From Piromyces finnis finn (lineage: Eukaryota; Fungi; Neocallimastigomycota): DNA of 64,000 bases. Under the pieces are notes generated by a model. The model did not search any database and had not been told where the DNA came from. It was given only the letters and a program-made list of their open reading frames with translations. Location of the stretch: NCBI GenBank assembly GCA_002104945.1, contig MCFH01000011.1:186001-250000 (forward strand), given 5' to 3'. Positions 44,248 through 57,500 of the stretch are shown here, piece after piece; position 1 is the stretch's first letter; each line of letters begins with the position of its first letter. Made by a program: the position numbers and the translations under genes.

Positions 44248-44909
44248 GTTCTTTTTTTAACGCCAGTAAAATGAATAAAATCCTTAAATATTATATAAAT
44301 AAATAAAAAAAATTTTTTTAAAAAAAATTGTTTAATATATAGATAAAATATTTTATAGCATATAAAGTATATAAAGTGAAATTATTTATTAATGTTATAT
44401 TAATTCATATTTAAAATAGCCTCAATGTTTTCATAGTAATTTATAAAACATTAATAATACTTGGTTTGAATGTAAAAAATTATAATTATATTCTTATCAT
44501 TGTTTAAATATATGAAAAAAAGCATCTTTTTTCATAAAAAATATTATTAAAAATATTAAAAATATTAAAAAATTAAACTAAATTAATTATATTAAATATT
44601 TTTAATATTTTGAATCTAAAAAGGTTATCTTAATTAATAAATCTAAAAATTTATTAATTTTAAAATAATAATTTTTTAAATATTTGAAATTAAAAATGAA
44701 ATTTCAATTTTAGTAATTTATATAAAAATAATTAATGTTAAATTACTTAATAGTTAATAACTTATATGAAGAAATTTCAAAATCTCGATATAAAATATAA
44801 AATAGAGATTTTAATAAATATTATATATTAAGAAATTACATTTTCCAAAGTATTTGTTTCTTTTATATATTTGATTCTTTATTATATTATAAATACAAAT
44901 AAAATCAAC

Positions 44910-45787
44910 ATGGAAATAAGCTCGAAAAAATGGTTCGATCATATTATTAATGAATTTGATATAAGAGATAAAAAAAAAAATTACTGTACTGAATATATCA
45001 ATGAAAGTATGTACTTCTAAATGTTTATATATAATTTGAAAAAGTATTTCAAGAAAAGTTTATTTTAATTCACAATTATTTATTATTATCTATTATATAT
45101 TTAATAAAAATTTACAATTTATATAAAAGTCCAAAAATTACAAGAATATCAAGTTGAATGCCAAAGTAATAAAGAAGAAATTACAAAATTAAATGATAAT
45201 ATTAATAAACTTTATATTTCTTTGGGTAAAAAACAATCTGAAATTGAAGAACAAAAAGATATAAATAAACATTTAAATGAAGAATTAAAGGAAAAAAATG
45301 ACATTATAAAATATTTAGAAAATATGTATTTATACTTTCCATGTTATTGTTATTCAAAATAAATGTAAAAGGATTTCTTTAAACTAATTTTTAATTATTA
45401 TTATTATTATTAGGAAAATACAAAATGAAAATGAAATTAAAAAATTAAATCAAAAAGATATTGATAATAAAAATCTTTGTGATAAAAAAAACGATGCTAT
45501 TCAAGTAAAGATAGAAATATATACTCATTTCAATTAAAAATTATAAAATATTATCGGAAATGCTTATATTTAATAAAATATGCATTTTATTATTAAAGGT
45601 TTTGCAAGACGAAATTTTAGCTCTAAAATTAGAATTAACCAAAACAGAAGAAAAAAATGAAGCCTTAAAAAATGAAAATGAAATTTGGGTTAAACAATTG
45701 AAAGATCAAGCGAATAAATTTGCACAACTTTTAAATGAGCAGAATGCTATTGTAGAATCATCAAAGAAACCAAATATTGGAGGGTTT

Positions 45788-45824
<37 letters not shown>

Positions 45825-48037
45825 TATATATATATATATTTGTATTAATAACAATCTTAATATATATTTAAACAATTATTTAATATATTTAAATAGCAAT
45901 TCCAATATTAATTTTAAAACTGATGAGTAAATATTATATAAACAAAATAATTTATAAAGTATTAATTATATATAATATATTATAATATATTATAATTAAT
46001 AATATAAAATAGTGCATTTGGTTCAAACATAACTCATAAAATTGCTTCGAAAATTCCAGTCAATTTGTATAGCAAAATTGTAAATTAAAGATTATTTTTA
46101 GGATTCATTTTTTATAAAATAATTAAATATTTAATATCAAACATTATTATTATTAAATATTTTTAATAGACTACAAATGGACAAGTTAACTGTATGGAAC
46201 TTAGTAATGATGCCAAACATGTACATTTTATTTAATTTTATAAGTGATATTTAAAGACTAAATAAATTATGAGTAGATATTAATAAATTAAATATCAATA
46301 TAAATGAATAGATCTGTGTTGGTATTGATAAAAAATTATTTATATATGAGACTGAAATAGGTACATCAAAAATAAAATATATTTTTTTTATCTATTCAAT
46401 TTATATACATTTTATTTAAATTATATCAATTATTACTAACTATAAAGGTAGGGTAAAGGTATCATTATCTGGTTTAGTAAAAGAAGTGACTTCTGTCTGT
46501 TTCAATTCCAATAATAGTTTAGTATTGGGTACATCATTTGATAAGTCTATAAGAATTTGGAATATCAACGGTTCATCAAAAGTAATTTTATGATTTAATT
46601 AAATATATAAATTCATGAAAAATTAAATTTATATTATATATATTTCTATATTGACTTTATATATATAAGGATGTTTTGACAGGTCATACAAATAAGGTTA
46701 GCGCAGCAAAATTTAGTATTGATAATAATATTGTAAGTTAATCAAAATAAAATATTTTATATTTATATACATATCATATTTAGATTTTCATATTTATTTA
46801 TTTATTTTTAATTTCAATAAATAAGATTTCTTGTTCACAGGATCGTACTATTAAATTATGGAATATTAATTCTGGATCATGTATAATATATTTTTTAAAA
46901 AAAAAAAAAAGAAAAAAAAATTTTTTTTAGCCATTTTCTAAATTTTATCTGTATTTAAATTGAAAAATAGGTGATACATCAATATTTACTCATTCTAGTT
47001 GTAATGATTTAGATTTAATGGATAATTCTGGGTAATATATTAGTTTTTTATAGAAAAATTTACATGATATAGTGATATTAATAATATTTTAATAATATAA
47101 TTATATTGGTATTTAAAGTAATTTGGTGGTTACAGCTCATTTGGATAACAGTTTAAAAATATGGGATATGCATAATAAAAAATTAATACAAGAAATTACA
47201 AATATCCATTCATCACCAGTTATTTCTGTTAAAACTTCACCAAGTAAAATATAATAAAATGTATATATTATATTTTTTAAAATAAACACAAAAATTATTA
47301 ATCATTAATAATTAAATAATATTAAATAGCTGGTAATGAAATATTATCTTTATCAAGAGATAATTCCTTAAAAACATTGGATATCCGTATGTATAATACT
47401 CTATTAACATTCAGGTAATACTTTTACAAGTCAGTTCAATTTTATTTTATTAATTAAAAAGTAATGAAAGTTTTTTAAATACAAACAAAATTCTCTATTT
47501 ACTGACCGAATATTACTTCTAAAATAGGGATGATAATTTACGAACCTTTAATAATTCCCAAAATGCTTGTTATAGGTATATTAAAAATATATATTATTAT
47601 ATTATTTTATTAATGAAAATAATAAAAAAAAATAAATAATTATTATTAATATTTATATTTATTATCATTCAAAGTTCCGATGGTAAATATGCTATTTGTG
47701 GTTCGGGTAATGGATCAATTTATATATTCAACACCTTTACTAATAAGAAAGAAAAAGTATTAAAACAAAGCAGGTAATAATGTCTTATAAATTCCTATAA
47801 TTATTTTGTTAGTTTATTCTGTTTTAGTTTTGCTTTTTATATATGTATTTTTGTTTATTTTTTATATTTTAATAATATATACTAAATTAAACTTCAAATA
47901 AATATTAAAGTACACCAATTATGAAAGTTAAATGGGATCCTACTGGTAAAAGTTCACTCTATACATCAGAATTTAAAAATAATATTATTAATATATGGAG
48001 TGATAAACAGCCATTAAACGGATGGATAGATATTTAG
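44910..48037 (+). CDS. ATG16: ATG16L-type autophagy protein (N-terminal ATG5-binding helix, coiled coil, WD40 propeller), ~17 exons
   Basis: The N-terminus reads WFDHIINEFDIRDK and the coiled coil LQDEILALKLEL...LNEQN. WD repeats include LTGHTNKVSAAKF, SCSQDRTIKLWNI, SSCNDL, AHLDNSLKIWDM, SLSRDNSLKTLDIR and SDGKYAICGSGNGSIYIF, paralleling ATG16L1. Confidence 0.85.
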
Positions 48038-48106
48038 ATATTATTATAACAAATATAATTAAGTCTAATAATCATAATAATATATTAATAATAATATAAT
48101 AAATAA

Positions 48107-48376
48107 TGTGAACATTTATGGACACATAATTTTATTTATCTATATCATATATTTATTACACACGTGACTATTTTATAAAAACATAAACATGTATTAAAAG
48201 TGTTGTAAACGTAATGTCTACGTGTTGTAGAGAAAGTTATTTTTTATTTATTTTATTTTATTTTTTATGGTCACATGACCTTACATCACATTATATAACT
48301 GTAATATTTACAATGTAACTTTTTCTCTTTGTTAACCTTATTAATAAAATTATTTATTAATTAAATTTATTTTACA
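48107..48376 (+). repeat. 5' LTR (270 bp)
   Basis: Runs TGTGAAC...TTTTACA. It differs from the 3' LTR by one substitution (CATCACA vs CATCTCA) and one T-run indel. Confidence 0.97.
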
Positions 48377-48390
48377 GATTAAGAGTCTCA
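48377..48390 (+). other. Primer-binding site complementary to the anticodon arm of tRNA-Lys(CUU)
   Basis: GATTAAGAGTCTCA directly abuts the LTR. Its reverse complement TGAGACTCTTAATC equals tRNA positions 27-40 around a CTT anticodon (tRNA sequence from memory). Confidence 0.75.
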
Positions 48391-48462
48391 AACTCTAATC
48401 AATAATAAAAATTTCTTAAAAAAAAAATTTAAAACAAAATTTTGTGTATTAAAAATTTTAAT

Positions 48463-51400
48463 ATGTCCCAACAATTCATTTTAGCCAATGACCAACGTCT
48501 TCATGGAAAGTCCAACTTTGATACTTGGAGTCTTTTAATCAGCCCCTACTAGACAGGGTCTAACTAGCTACCTTGAACAAGACATAGTTGGAACCATTAA
48601 AGACAACAACTTTGAGATAAACCTTAATCTCAAAGATGAATATAATATGGCTATTATGAGGATTATTGCTGAAGCCGCGGACTACCGTCCTAACAGCAAT
48701 CTTGCGTCTGTTTATAAAACCCTCATTAAGACTACGGGGGAGGACGCCAATACAAGCAGCAACATTAATAACAATGTTGTAGCCGCCAATAAATTGGCAA
48801 ACTTGTCAATTTATAAGGCCGAGATTATATCAGCGGCTGAAAAGCTAAATGCTGATACTTACCTTATGATCATTCAAAATGTGGATGAGAAGATCCTCTG
48901 AGAGATTGGTCATAGTTCCAATAGTTACCAAGTATTCAAAAAGTTGAATACAAAATACGGTAACGCCAATGCAGACATTGAATACTGGCTAAAGAAGTTA
49001 AGAAAATTACATACAGAAGATGTAAGCAAAGTCAGTAAAACAATCGATAAAATCAAGGAAATCTTCCTTGAGATGTCTGAATTAAAAATGTCCTTAAGTG
49101 AAAGGGAAAAACTAAAATATATGTACAATTCCCTTCCAAGAAGTGTCAAGAACCAAGTAAGTGTAACCTTAGATGAAACTTATGATCAGCTCTATGAGAA
49201 GGTCAAAAGTTATATCAACGCCAAATCCTACTTCGAAGATTGGACCAACAACGACCAAGATGAAGATGACGAAGTTGATGATCCAATGGATGTTGATTTT
49301 GTTAGTAGAGAAAACAAATCAACAAAGAATAAAAGCTACGGTAATAGAAGAAATATAAACAGAAGCCACCGTACCTACTGCCATATCTGTTGTGAACATG
49401 GACACTCTACCGAAATGTGTGAATACAACCAAAAGGCCAAAATGGAAAGGGACCAAAGAAAAAACAACAACAGGGCCTTTAACCAAAGTAAACAAAAGAG
49501 AAATTCACAACAAGGGAGGCAAGTTCACAAGAAAAAACAACAAAAGAAATTCGAACAAGAAGTAGATTTCGTCGAAGACTATGACGATAATGAAAATTAT
49601 GGAATTAACGTAGAATTCGAAGATATCAGACCTCTGACAGAAAGAAATATCTACCTAATTGAAAAGGATGAAGTTACAGAGGAAGACACTCCTAACACAA
49701 AGGATATAGATTATGTGTATGGAGAAAATAAATACGACGAATGGTTCTATGATACTGGTGCCGCCGAACATATCGTTAATAATAAGGACATTCTAGAGAA
49801 CTTCACAGAAGAGCACATTCAACTTAGATGTGCAAATGGAACTACATGTGAATTTAGTGGTTATGGTTCATATGAGTTTAAGGTAAAAGACAAAACTTAC
49901 AAGTTAGAAAAAGTTTTGTACTCAGACAAAGTTAGCAAGAATTTAATTAGTGGTGTAGGACTTGCTAAAGTTGGTTTAAGAAGCATTATAGATATTACTG
50001 ATGATGGAAAAGTCAGGCTTATTTTCAAGGACTCTGAAAATAAAAATATAATGCAAACGTATTCAAATGAATTAAACCAATTTAAAATTAAGCTCATAAA
50101 CATTGATAAAAAGATAAATGAACCATTTATTGCAAATTTTGAAGATGATTTAGGTATATGGCATAAGAGATTAGGCCATTTCTACCAGAAGGATCTGAAG
50201 AAATACCTAAAACAACATAAAATTAAAGTAACTCCTTGCCTAGACTGTAAAATATCTAAAATGAAGAAGTCTCCACATAACAAAACTGTACCCAAAGCCG
50301 GAAGAGTTCTAGAGACTATTCACTCCGATATTTCAGGCCCGTTTAATTCATCCGTCAATAATAAGAAGTATTTTATGACTATGCTGGATGAATACTCAAG
50401 AAAACTCTGGATTTATACTCTCAAGTCAAGGTCTGAGGCACCGGACATTATTATTGAATTCCTAAAGAATGCCAATAATACTTTTGACAAATATAAAGTC
50501 AAAGCATTCAAGACAGATGGTGCAAAAGAGTATAATAGTAGTAAAGTTATAAAATATTGTAAGGAAAACGGTATATCTAAGATAAATTCACCTCCTTACA
50601 TACATGAATTAAATGGTAAAGCAGAAAGAATAAACCAAACAATTCAAAATTCTGCTAAAACGCTTTTATATTGGGCTAAATTATCTGAAGACTTTTGGAG
50701 TTTTGCTGTTAAATATTCTTGTTATATTTACAACAAAATACCACACCAAGGAAACGATAACTTAATTCCTGATGAAGTGTTTACGAACGAGGAAGCCGAT
50801 CTAAAATACCTAAAGGTATTTGGATGCATATGCTACTTTAAGGACTATTCTCTTAAAAAGTCAAAATTCGCGCCTAACTCGAAGGAAGGAATATTTCTTG
50901 GGTTCAGTGAAGCACATCACTCATATATCGTCATGGAGATATGTGGTGATAAACTTAAAATCCACTATTCTAGGGAAATAGAATGCTGTGAAGATAAGCC
51001 GGCACATTATAATTATAAAAATAAAAATATAAACGATCCGTATTTCTCTTTCAATGATTCATATAATATCAATAATTACGACAGAAAGGACCCCTCAGAA
51101 TCATCAAAGAACAACAACAATACGGATACAAATTCAATCATAAATAAAGAAAATAATAACACAGAAAGGACTACTTCCAAGAAAATGGTGAATATCCACT
51201 CCAATAATAATGATGAAGAAGAAATAGAAAAAGAAGAAGTAGAAGAAGAAATGGTTGAAGAAGGTAATAACAACAATATGGACGAGGACCCAGCTTATGA
51301 AAATACCAAATATAAAGACGAAGAGATAACTACCAAAGAAAAAGAAGAAACTAATATAAGGACTAATATTAATTCCAAAATTGAAGAAAATTCAAAAAAC

Positions 51401-53722
51401 AATTTAAACAGTAATTTAAAAAGCGACACTCAAACCAATAACAAAAATAATAATTCAAATTCGAAATTTAATAAAAATAAATTTACAAATGACATTTTAA
51501 AAGTTTTAGAAGAAATTGCAAATGACAATTGCAATTTCGAAAAGAAAAATTACAAAATTTCTAATAATATTGACGAAAATAATAAATACCAATATCCTGT
51601 AACTCCTGGTCCTGATTACGTTTGTTATGGTAATACTCTTGCCGACAAAAACAAAAATGAAATCATTAAAAATCCTGAATATTATAAAAATTCTCCTACT
51701 GAATATTCTACCACCGAAAATATTTCCTATACCAAAAATACTGGTGAAAATACTACTGAATATCCTAATACTGATCATAGTGAAAAAAATTTTATTAATA
51801 AAAATTTTTCAAAAATTCAAATTAAAAATGAAGACATTCTATTGGATGATAAACCAAATAATCCACGTCATAATTCTAGCAAAAATTCTAACGTTACACA
51901 GGATAATTCTACCTACTCTGATAATATTCACATTAATGATACTAAAAATTTAAATTCAAAAATTTCTGATTCTCCTGATATGACACGTGATTCCCATTCT
52001 TATATTTCAGATGACAATAAATCTATGGATGATCCTGATCCAAACTTGGAAGATGAAAATGATATCATGGATGATATCATGGCCGATAAATCTGATGATT
52101 CCTACCATCCTGAAAGAAAAAGGCCTTGCAGTCCTACCTCTCTGAATAATTCCAGTACTCCTAAGAAGCACAAAAACAAATTTATAGCTACCGTTTTTAC
52201 TGATGCTCCCACTACGTACAAAGAAGCTATGTCTTGTACGAATTCTAAATATTGGAAAGCAGCCATTCAAGATGAATTAAATAATTTATATTCTAACAAA
52301 ATTATGTCCCTGGTTAAAAATATCCCAAAAAACAAGAATATTATATCTACCAAATGGGTTTTTGCTGTTAAAAGGGACAGCAATAATAATATTGTACGTT
52401 TTAAAGCTAGACTTGTCGCTAGAGGTTTCTGTCAAAAACAAGGTATTGATTTTGACTTAACCTATTCCCCTACATTAAATATTGACAGTCTAAAATTTAT
52501 TATTGCTATTGCTGCAAAATTTAAGTGGGATATATATCAGCTTGATATAAAAGCTGCCTACCTCAATGCTCCATTGGATACAGATATTTATACCACAATT
52601 CCGCTTGGAGATAGCAACTTTGGGGGAGGATACTGGAAGCTGAATAAAGCTCTCTATGGTTTAAAACAATCAGGAAGACAATGGAATAAAACAATAGATA
52701 AATTCCTGAAAAATAATAACTTTAAACCATTAAAATCCGAACCATGTATTTATACGTTAAAAGAAAATAAATACGTAAAATGTATAATTGGTCTATATGT
52801 AGACGACATGGTTATAATTGGAAAAACAAATACAATAGAGAGAGTAATAAGCAAAATTAAAAGTAAATTTAAAATATCAAATAGCGGCCCTATTAGTTAC
52901 ATTCTAGGAATAAAGATTGAAAAGAAAGGATCCAAATACATTATTTCCCAAGAGAATTACATTAATAATGTATTACAAAGATTTCATATGGAAAACGTAC
53001 GTAGAAGAAATACGCCATGTACAACAACCGACAAGAACACCTCAAATAATAACCAATTTAATAAAACAAAATATAAAAGTGCAATAGGTGCATTAATATA
53101 TCTGTCAAAATGTACAAGACCGGATATAGCGTTTGCAGTAAACAAAGCTGCAAGAAAATCTGAAAATCCAACAGTATCTGACTGGAATACAATTGTAAAT
53201 ATTTTCAGATACATATCTACTACCAAACATTACAAAATCGAATACAGTGGAGAAGGAAAAATACAAGGATACACTGATTCGGACTACGGAGGCGCAGAAG
53301 ACTTTAAATCTACCTCTGGAGGGATAATCCTAATGGGAAATAGCCCAATATGCTGGTTATCCAAGAAACAAACTTGTGTGGCAACATCTACCGCTGAGGC
53401 TGAGTACATTAGTACGTCCATGAATACGAAGAAAATCTTATGGATCAAAAACATGGTGGACGAAATTTTTAATTACAACAAAAATATAACTTTATTCACC
53501 GACAACAAAGCAAGCAAGAAAATAATAGAAAACGGTGAAATAAACACAAAGTTAAAACACATAAATATACACTACCACTTCATTATTGACAACATAGAAA
53601 AGAACAATATAAAAATCGAATATGTAAATACTAAAGAAATGTTAGCTGACCCTCTAACTAAAGATCTACCTGGTCCAAGAATGTTTGATTATACAAATAA
53701 GATATTCTTAAAGAAAATCTAA
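48463..53722 (+). pseudogene. Copia gag-pol with a disrupted gag and an intact downstream frame
   Basis: ATG 48463 (MSQQF...LHGKSNFDTW) shifts frame near 48545, and an in-frame TGA occurs at 48899-48901. The frame then runs uninterrupted to 53722 with a CCHC knuckle (CHICCEHGHSTEMC), protease (WFYDTGAAEH), WHKRLGH, integrase (HSDISGP, TDGAKEY, NGKAER), RT (KARLVARG, YVDD) and RNase H (DSDY, EAEY, DPLTK). Confidence 0.9.
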
Positions 53723-53725
53723 TTT

Positions 53726-53734
53726 GAGGGGGAG
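53726..53734 (+). other. Polypurine tract
   Basis: GAGGGGGAG lies immediately before the 3' LTR. Confidence 0.9.
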
Positions 53735-54005
53735 TGTGAACATTTATGGACACATAATTTTATTTATCTATATCATATATTTATTACACACGTGACTATT
53801 TTATAAAAACATAAACATGTATTAAAAGTGTTGTAAACGTAATGTCTACGTGTTGTAGAGAAAGTTATTTTTTATTTATTTTATTTTATTTTTTTATGGT
53901 CACATGACCTTACATCTCATTATATAACTGTAATATTTACAATGTAACTTTTTCTCTTTGTTAACCTTATTAATAAAATTATTTATTAATTAAATTTATT
54001 TTACA
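53735..54005 (+). repeat. 3' LTR (271 bp)
   Basis: Near-identical copy of 48107-48376. Confidence 0.97.
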
Positions 54006-54572
54006 AATAAATACAAATATAATAAAATAATAAAACTAAAATAAATATTACTCAAAATCTTATTTTAATTAAAATTTTTTTATTTATTTTTTTTTTACAT
54101 TTTTTTTTTTTGTTTATGTTCTTGTTTTTTTTTTTTTTTACTAAAATTAAAAATACATTTTTTTTTTCTTTAAATTAAAGATTATTACCTAAAATACTAA
54201 ATCCTTTTCAATAAAATATATTTTTATTTTGAAATGCGCTATTTTCTCATTAATATTGGTTAATAAAAAATTATTTTATGAATTTATATATTATAAAAAT
54301 GATATATTTTAATAATTATTATTTATAAAAGATTTAAAGATTTTAAAAATATAATTTTATATATTATATTAATACAATATTATTAAAATTTAAGTAGTTA
54401 TTAGTAGTTATGCTATATAAAAATATAAAAACAATAAAATACTAAAAATAAAATTTTAGTTTTATGAAATAAGATTTTTTCTAGTTTAAGTTATTCCAAT
54501 TTTTTAAAATCATAATTTTTTAAACCATCGTGCTATTTATATATATTTAATGATTATATATATTGTTAAAAT

Positions 54573-57500
54573 TTAATATCCAAATTGTTGGTTTTCAACA
54601 GTTTCTTCACTATCATACTTTTTTTCATTTTCATATTTATCAAATGTATCATCCATGCTATTAAAATTACCATAGACATCTAAGCAGTCAGGATTATTAG
54701 CTTTATATTCCTTTACCATAGAAATGGTATCCTTTAAATATGCAGCAAGTGAATTAATTTCACTGATACTGTTATTCTTATAAGCTTCTAAGGAAATTTT
54801 AGTTTCTTTAAGATATTCAGCAAGAGAAGCTATTTCTTCGGCATTATCAGTAGTAGTTGGAGCGTTATTTAAATTTTGTAATGATGTAGCACAAGATTTA
54901 GTTTCCTTTAAATATTCAGAAATAGATTGCATTTCTTTACGCATACTTTCGATAATAATATTTAATTCTTTATTTTTTATTCTTTCATTATTTAATTCTT
55001 CAATTAATGTAGAATCATTAATAGGTATAACTTCTCTTAAAATTTCACCAATTTTTGGTTGTTCAAAGAGGTAATCAACAGCCAATGGCAATTTAATTAA
55101 TGGTTGAATAATATTATCAGATTTTGAAGAAGTTGTTGGTTTTTCAAAAAGATAGTCGACAGCTAATGGTAATTTGATAAGTGGTTGAATAATATTTTCA
55201 GATTTTGGAGTATCAATAATTTGTATTGTTCTTTGAGTTGATTCCTTATTTTGTTGATTTTCAATGTTTGAATTGAATGTTAAATCCTATTTATTCATTC
55301 AAATAAAATAAAAAATTATTATTATTAATATCATTTTATTTAATCTATATATTGTTTTAATAGTTATATTTACAATAATTTGGCGGTTCATTGAAGCTAA
55401 TTTACTACGTAATTCTTCAATTAATATATCCTTTTCAGAAAGTTGTTTCTTTAAATTATTAATTTCATCATTACTACTTAAGGTTAAAACCTATTTAATA
55501 ATTATATATTTTAATTAATTTAAGGGTTTTTACTTATATTTATACAAAAACTCTATTTTTATTTAACTTACAGCCAATCTTTGATTAAGATTAATAGCTT
55601 CATTTTGGAAGTTTTGAATATTTCTTTCATTATTGTAAATAATATTTTTCTTAATTTGTTTAGTTTGTGGTTTGCTAAATAACCACCATAAACCAGTATC
55701 ACTTCTACATTCAACAATTGACTGTTCATATGAAACTTTACGTGAAGTTTCATTATTTTGCATTTGGGAAATTTTTCTTTTTAATGCGTTAACTTCATCG
55801 TTAGTACTTAAAGTTAAGATCTGTTTTTTTAAAAAAAATATAAAGAAATATTTAATAAAACGCTTATTAATTAATTTATTTAATATTTCTTATTACTTAC
55901 AGCTAATCTTTGATTAAGATCAATTACTTGGTTTTTAAAACTACCTTGTTCCTTTTGAGAGAGTTTTCTCTTTAAGTTTTTAATTTCTTCATTAGAATTT
56001 AAAGTTAATACCTATTTATAATAATTGAGAAATAAACAAAAATATTTAGAACATTTGTAATTTAGAAATAAACAAAAAATTAATTATTTAATTGTAATAG
56101 TGTAAAATACTCACAGATAATCTTTGATTAAGATCAATAACTTGGTTCTTAAAGCTACCTTGTTCCTTTTGAGAGAGTTTTCTCTTTAAGTTTTTAATTT
56201 CTTCATTAGAATTTAAGGTTAAAACCTAATACATATAACAATAGAAATATTTAGAATATTTATTTTTTATTTTTTAATTAAATACTAATTTCTTAATTAC
56301 GCATTGTGAAATAAACAAAAAATTGATTATTTAATTGTGCTACTGTAATATACTCACAGATAATCTTTGATTAAGGTCAATAACTTGATCTTGAATTTTC
56401 TTAATGTATTCATCATTATTATTTTTAACACTCTTTGGTTTTTCATTGAATTCTAAAGATAATTTCTTTTTTTAAAAAATAATGAATGAATATCAACATT
56501 TTTATATATATATTTTTTTTCTTTTCCTTTTTTTTTTTTTATTATACCAAATAATAAGTATTTATTATATTTAAACTACTTACTGCTAATCTTGAATTTA
56601 AGTCAACAGCAATTTCACGGAAACGGTTAATTTCACTATCATCCTTAACAACATTGATTGGAACTTCATTTTGTGGAATGTCCCTTGTATATTGAATTTC
56701 ACTTTGTTGTGCCTTTAATTCTTCATTTTCAATAAGTAAATCCTAAAAGTATTATATATTTTGTATAAATTAGATACTCATTTAAAAATTAAAATTTTTT
56801 AAATTTTATATTATTTACGTTGATCTTAATAGTTAAGGATTGAATTAAATTTTCGTAATATTGAGATTGTTCATCATCAGTAATAGTGACATTTCTATCT
56901 TCAGTAACATTATTCATTTCTAAACTTAATAACTATTAAATACAATTTTAGTAAAATGTTTTATTAATATGTTATTTAAACTTTATAATTATTTTTTATT
57001 TACAGCTAATCTTGTATTTAAATTGGCTGCCATTTGTTGATAGTATTCTATCTTATCTTCAGAGTTTCTAATTAATTTTTCCTTATTAATTAATTCTTGG
57101 TTTTTAAAATCGTTATGTTCTAAAGTTAATTTCTATTTAAAATATATATTTTTTAAAATTAATATTAATGTTATATTTTATAAATGATATATTAATTGAA
57201 CGTACAGCTAAATTGGAATTTAAAGAAACAGCTTGATTTTTGAAGAAATTAATAGTAGATTTATCTTCAATGATTTCCTTATATTCCCCTGAAAATTCCT
57301 TTTCATTATATTTATTAAGTTTAAGAGAATCAATATCTAAGGAAAGCATCTATATATTGAAATAATAAAAAAATATAAAAAATAAAAAAACATAAAAATT
57401 AATATTTTTCTTTACTATTTATTAATATCTATAAATTAACATACAGCTACTCTATTGTTAAGATCTACAGCCATGTTTCTGTAATATTCAACCTTTTCAT

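Larger units (their letters stand above)
48107..54005 (+). mobile_element. Full-length Ty1/copia LTR retrotransposon (5.9 kb)
   Basis: It has two TG...CA LTRs, an AATAA 5-bp target-site duplication (48102-48106 and 54006-54010), a PBS and a PPT. The domain order is gag-PR-IN-RT-RNaseH. Confidence 0.98.

Noticed and set aside
48899-48901. TGA as a programmed gag-pol readthrough codon (as in Candida Tca2)
   Set aside because: It lies in the middle of gag, upstream of the zinc knuckle rather than at the gag/pol boundary, and a frameshift precedes it. A nonsense mutation is the simpler explanation.
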